64,000 bases of DNA, taken from Thermoplasmatales archaeon. Lineage in GTDB: Archaea > Thermoplasmatota > Thermoplasmata > Thermoplasmatales > Thermoplasmataceae. The notes under the pieces were generated by a model. That model worked only from the letters and a program-made list of their open reading frames with translations. It was not told the DNA's origin and ran no database searches. The stretch covers positions 32,001 to 96,000 of the forward strand of contig DAIDBH010000019.1 of assembly GCA_027310185.1 (NCBI GenBank). The letters run 5' to 3'. This document shows, one piece after another, positions 62,129 through 64,000 of this stretch. Position 1 is the first letter of the stretch. Each line of letters begins with the position of its first letter. Both the position numbers and the translations under genes were made by a program.

Positions 62129-62344
62129 ATGCAAATTTCTCTCCCTATTTATCATGATCTTGGAAATGAGTTTGTAGTGCTTAACGTTTCCGAGGATTTG
62201 ATTAATAGAGCTGTTTTTGACAACAAAGGTAACAAAGTGGGTAGAATAGTAAGAATTATTGGTCCAGTATCTGAGCCAATGGGGGTAGTAGTACTCTCAA
62301 AAAAATTCGATTCCGATGATAGGAGAGTATTTGTTAGAAATTAG
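62129..62344 (+). CDS. gar1: H/ACA RNP protein Gar1
   Basis: VFDNKGNKVGRIVRIIGPVSEP. Conserved position upstream of tfb. Confidence 0.8.
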   Translation: MQISLPIYHDLGNEFVVLNVSEDLINRAVFDNKGNKVGRIVRIIGPVSEPMGVVVLSKKFDSDDRRVFVRN

Positions 62345-62353
62345 GTGATTTAG

Positions 62354-63286
62354 ATGGAAAAAGAAAAGAGAAAAATTGAGCAGATTGAAAAGTGTCCAGA
62401 ATGCGGTTCCACAGATCTTTCAAGAGATTATGAAAGAGGTGAACTGGTATGCAATAAATGCGGTATTGTCATTGATGAAAGTTATATTGATCAGGGACCC
62501 GAATGGAGAGCATTTGACACAGAACAGAATGAGTCGAGAGCAAGGGCTGGTTCTCCAATGACCTTTACTTTACACGACAAAGGATTATCAACAGACATAT
62601 CCTGGAAGAATAAGGATTCTTACGGCAAATCCATACCAACAAGGAACAGGGCACAATTATACAGACTGAGAAAATGGCAGAAGAGGATCAAGGTTTCAAA
62701 TGCAGCTGAAAGAAATCTTTCCCAGGCATTGCAAGAAATGGAGAGAATGGCCTCAAATCTCAGTATTCCTAATGATGTCAGGGAAACCGCAGCTGTTATT
62801 TATAGAAAGGCTGTCAAACAGAACATGATCAGGGGCAGGAGCATAGAAGGAGTAGTTGCTGGTTCGTTATATGCCGCATGCAGAATCACGAATGTGCCAA
62901 GAACTCTTGATGAGATTGCTTCCATAACAAGGGTAAAGAAGAAGGAAATTGGACGTACTTACCGTATAATGAGCAGATACCTGCAGCTTAACATCATGCC
63001 TTCCAAGCCTGAAGATTATCTGAACAGATTCTGCAGTAAGCTGAAGCTTTCACTTGATACAAGAAAACAGGCCGCTGAAATAATCAAACTGGCACAGGAT
63101 AATGACCTTACATCAGGTAAAGGTCCAACAGGAGTTGCAGCAGCAGCCATCTACATAGCATCAATCCTCATGAACGAAAGGAGAACTCAGAGATCAGTTG
63201 CAGAAGTTGCAGGTGTAACTGAAGTAACAATAAGGAACAGGTATAAGGAGCTTACAGAAAAGCTTAATCTTGAAGTTCAGGAGTAA
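62354..63286 (+). CDS. tfb: Transcription initiation factor IIB
   Basis: Zn ribbon CPECG...CNKCG, GPEWRAF, RGRS and [12 protein letters not shown] motifs. Confidence 0.98.
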   Translation: MEKEKRKIEQIEKCPECGSTDLSRDYERGELVCNKCGIVIDESYIDQGPEWRAFDTEQNESRARAGSPMTFTLHDKGLSTDISWKNKDSYGKSIPTRNRAQLYRLRKWQKRIKVSNAAERNLSQALQEMERMASNLSIPNDVRETAAVIYRKAVKQNMIRGRSIEGVVAGSLYAACRITNVPRTLDEIASITRVKKKEIGRTYRIMSRYLQLNIMPSKPEDYLNRFCSKLKLSLDTRKQAAEIIKLAQDNDLTSGKGPTGVAAAAIYIASILMNERRTQRSVAEVAGVTEVTIRNRYKELTEKLNLEVQE

Positions 63287-63498
63287 TCTTCACATATTTT
63301 TTCAACAATCTCAAAAATTTTTAGAAATTCATCGGTTATACTGTAAATGGATGAAAGTTTAACATCATCTACTTTTATTGTTATCTCCTCAGGACTATTT
63401 CTATTAATGGTTACGTGACTGTCATTTTCCGGAGAAGCGCATTTAATATAAGCTTCTATAATTTTTGGAGAACCCGTAATTGATAATTTAATATCCAA
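63277..63498 (-). CDS. KEOPS subunit Pcc1-like
   Basis: 73 aa with a PEN motif and small alpha/beta pattern. Weak resemblance only. Confidence 0.55.
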   Translation of the reverse strand: MDIKLSITGSPKIIEAYIKCASPENDSHVTINRNSPEEITIKVDDVKLSSIYSITDEFLKIFEIVEKICEDYS

Positions 63499-63598
63499 TT
63501 CAACCTAATCACTCTATATCTGGATTGTTTTTAATTTTTCCCACCTGCTTTGACAGAAGAAATACTAAAGATATATGGGGTCATTCATCTCACATTAA

Positions 63599-64000
63599 AT
63601 GGAAAAAATAAGAAGAATCGATAGGTATGAATCTATCGATGTCCAAGATAGAATCAGCGAAATACAGCGCTCAACTTTTGATCACTTTATCCCATTATTT
63701 ATTAAGCAGGCTCTTCGCAGTTCTGGAGAAGTATTTATATCGGAGGACTGTGGAGAATTGAAGGGTCTCTATGTATTTGATCCAGTAGAGCAATCAGGTA
63801 CATGTTTTACTGGAAGTACCAGAACTGCTAAGAATTTCTATTCCATGGGATTGGGTTCAGATTTCTTTTCCGAAATCCTCTTTAGAGAAGGTGCCAAAAT
63901 CGAAAAGATCAATTACCTAAACATGTCAAGCTATAAGCCTCATCTTAGCATTAAAAATGAAATTAAGATTCTTGGAATTTCAAGAGAAACTGACATCATT
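63599..64000 (+). CDS. Hypothetical protein, partial (runs off window end)
   Basis: Open frame from ATG 63599 (MEKIRRIDRY...) to the end of the window with no stop. Not in ORF track. Confidence 0.75.
   Translation, partial: MEKIRRIDRYESIDVQDRISEIQRSTFDHFIPLFIKQALRSSGEVFISEDCGELKGLYVFDPVEQSGTCFTGSTRTAKNFYSMGLGSDFFSEILFREGAKIEKINYLNMSSYKPHLSIKNEIKILGISRETDII

Noticed and set aside
769-62561. Numerous short antisense or alternate-frame ORFs in the track (e.g. 12634-13131, 36220-36666, 46726-47193, 55221-55631)
   Set aside because: They are shadows of well-supported genes, with no motifs of their own.

Overview
This is a gene-dense, AT-rich archaeal chromosome segment, most consistent with Thermoplasmatales. 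The evidence is TFB, Gar1, Pcc1, RadB, Fen1, archaeal-type ProRS/TyrRS, GAGGTGA-type ribosome-binding sites, split transketolase plus transaldolase, and hemE/hemH. About 60 CDSs are present, mostly housekeeping. I found no tRNA, rRNA, CRISPR array or mobile element. All calls come from motif recognition, not database searches. (1) The main signal is a Cas4-like Fe-S nuclease split into two small genes (13250-14039), each half with its own transmembrane helix at the split point. It is tightly coupled downstream of smc-scpA, with no other cas genes, and is a candidate membrane-tethered SMC-associated nuclease system. (2) A sugar-binding protein (42418-43830) has a normally C-terminal segment moved to its N-terminus. 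(3) In a trxA-trxB-Rieske ferredoxin operon, the TrxR lacks the NADPH-binding HRR motif. (4) The FtsZ has a degenerate T7 loop.
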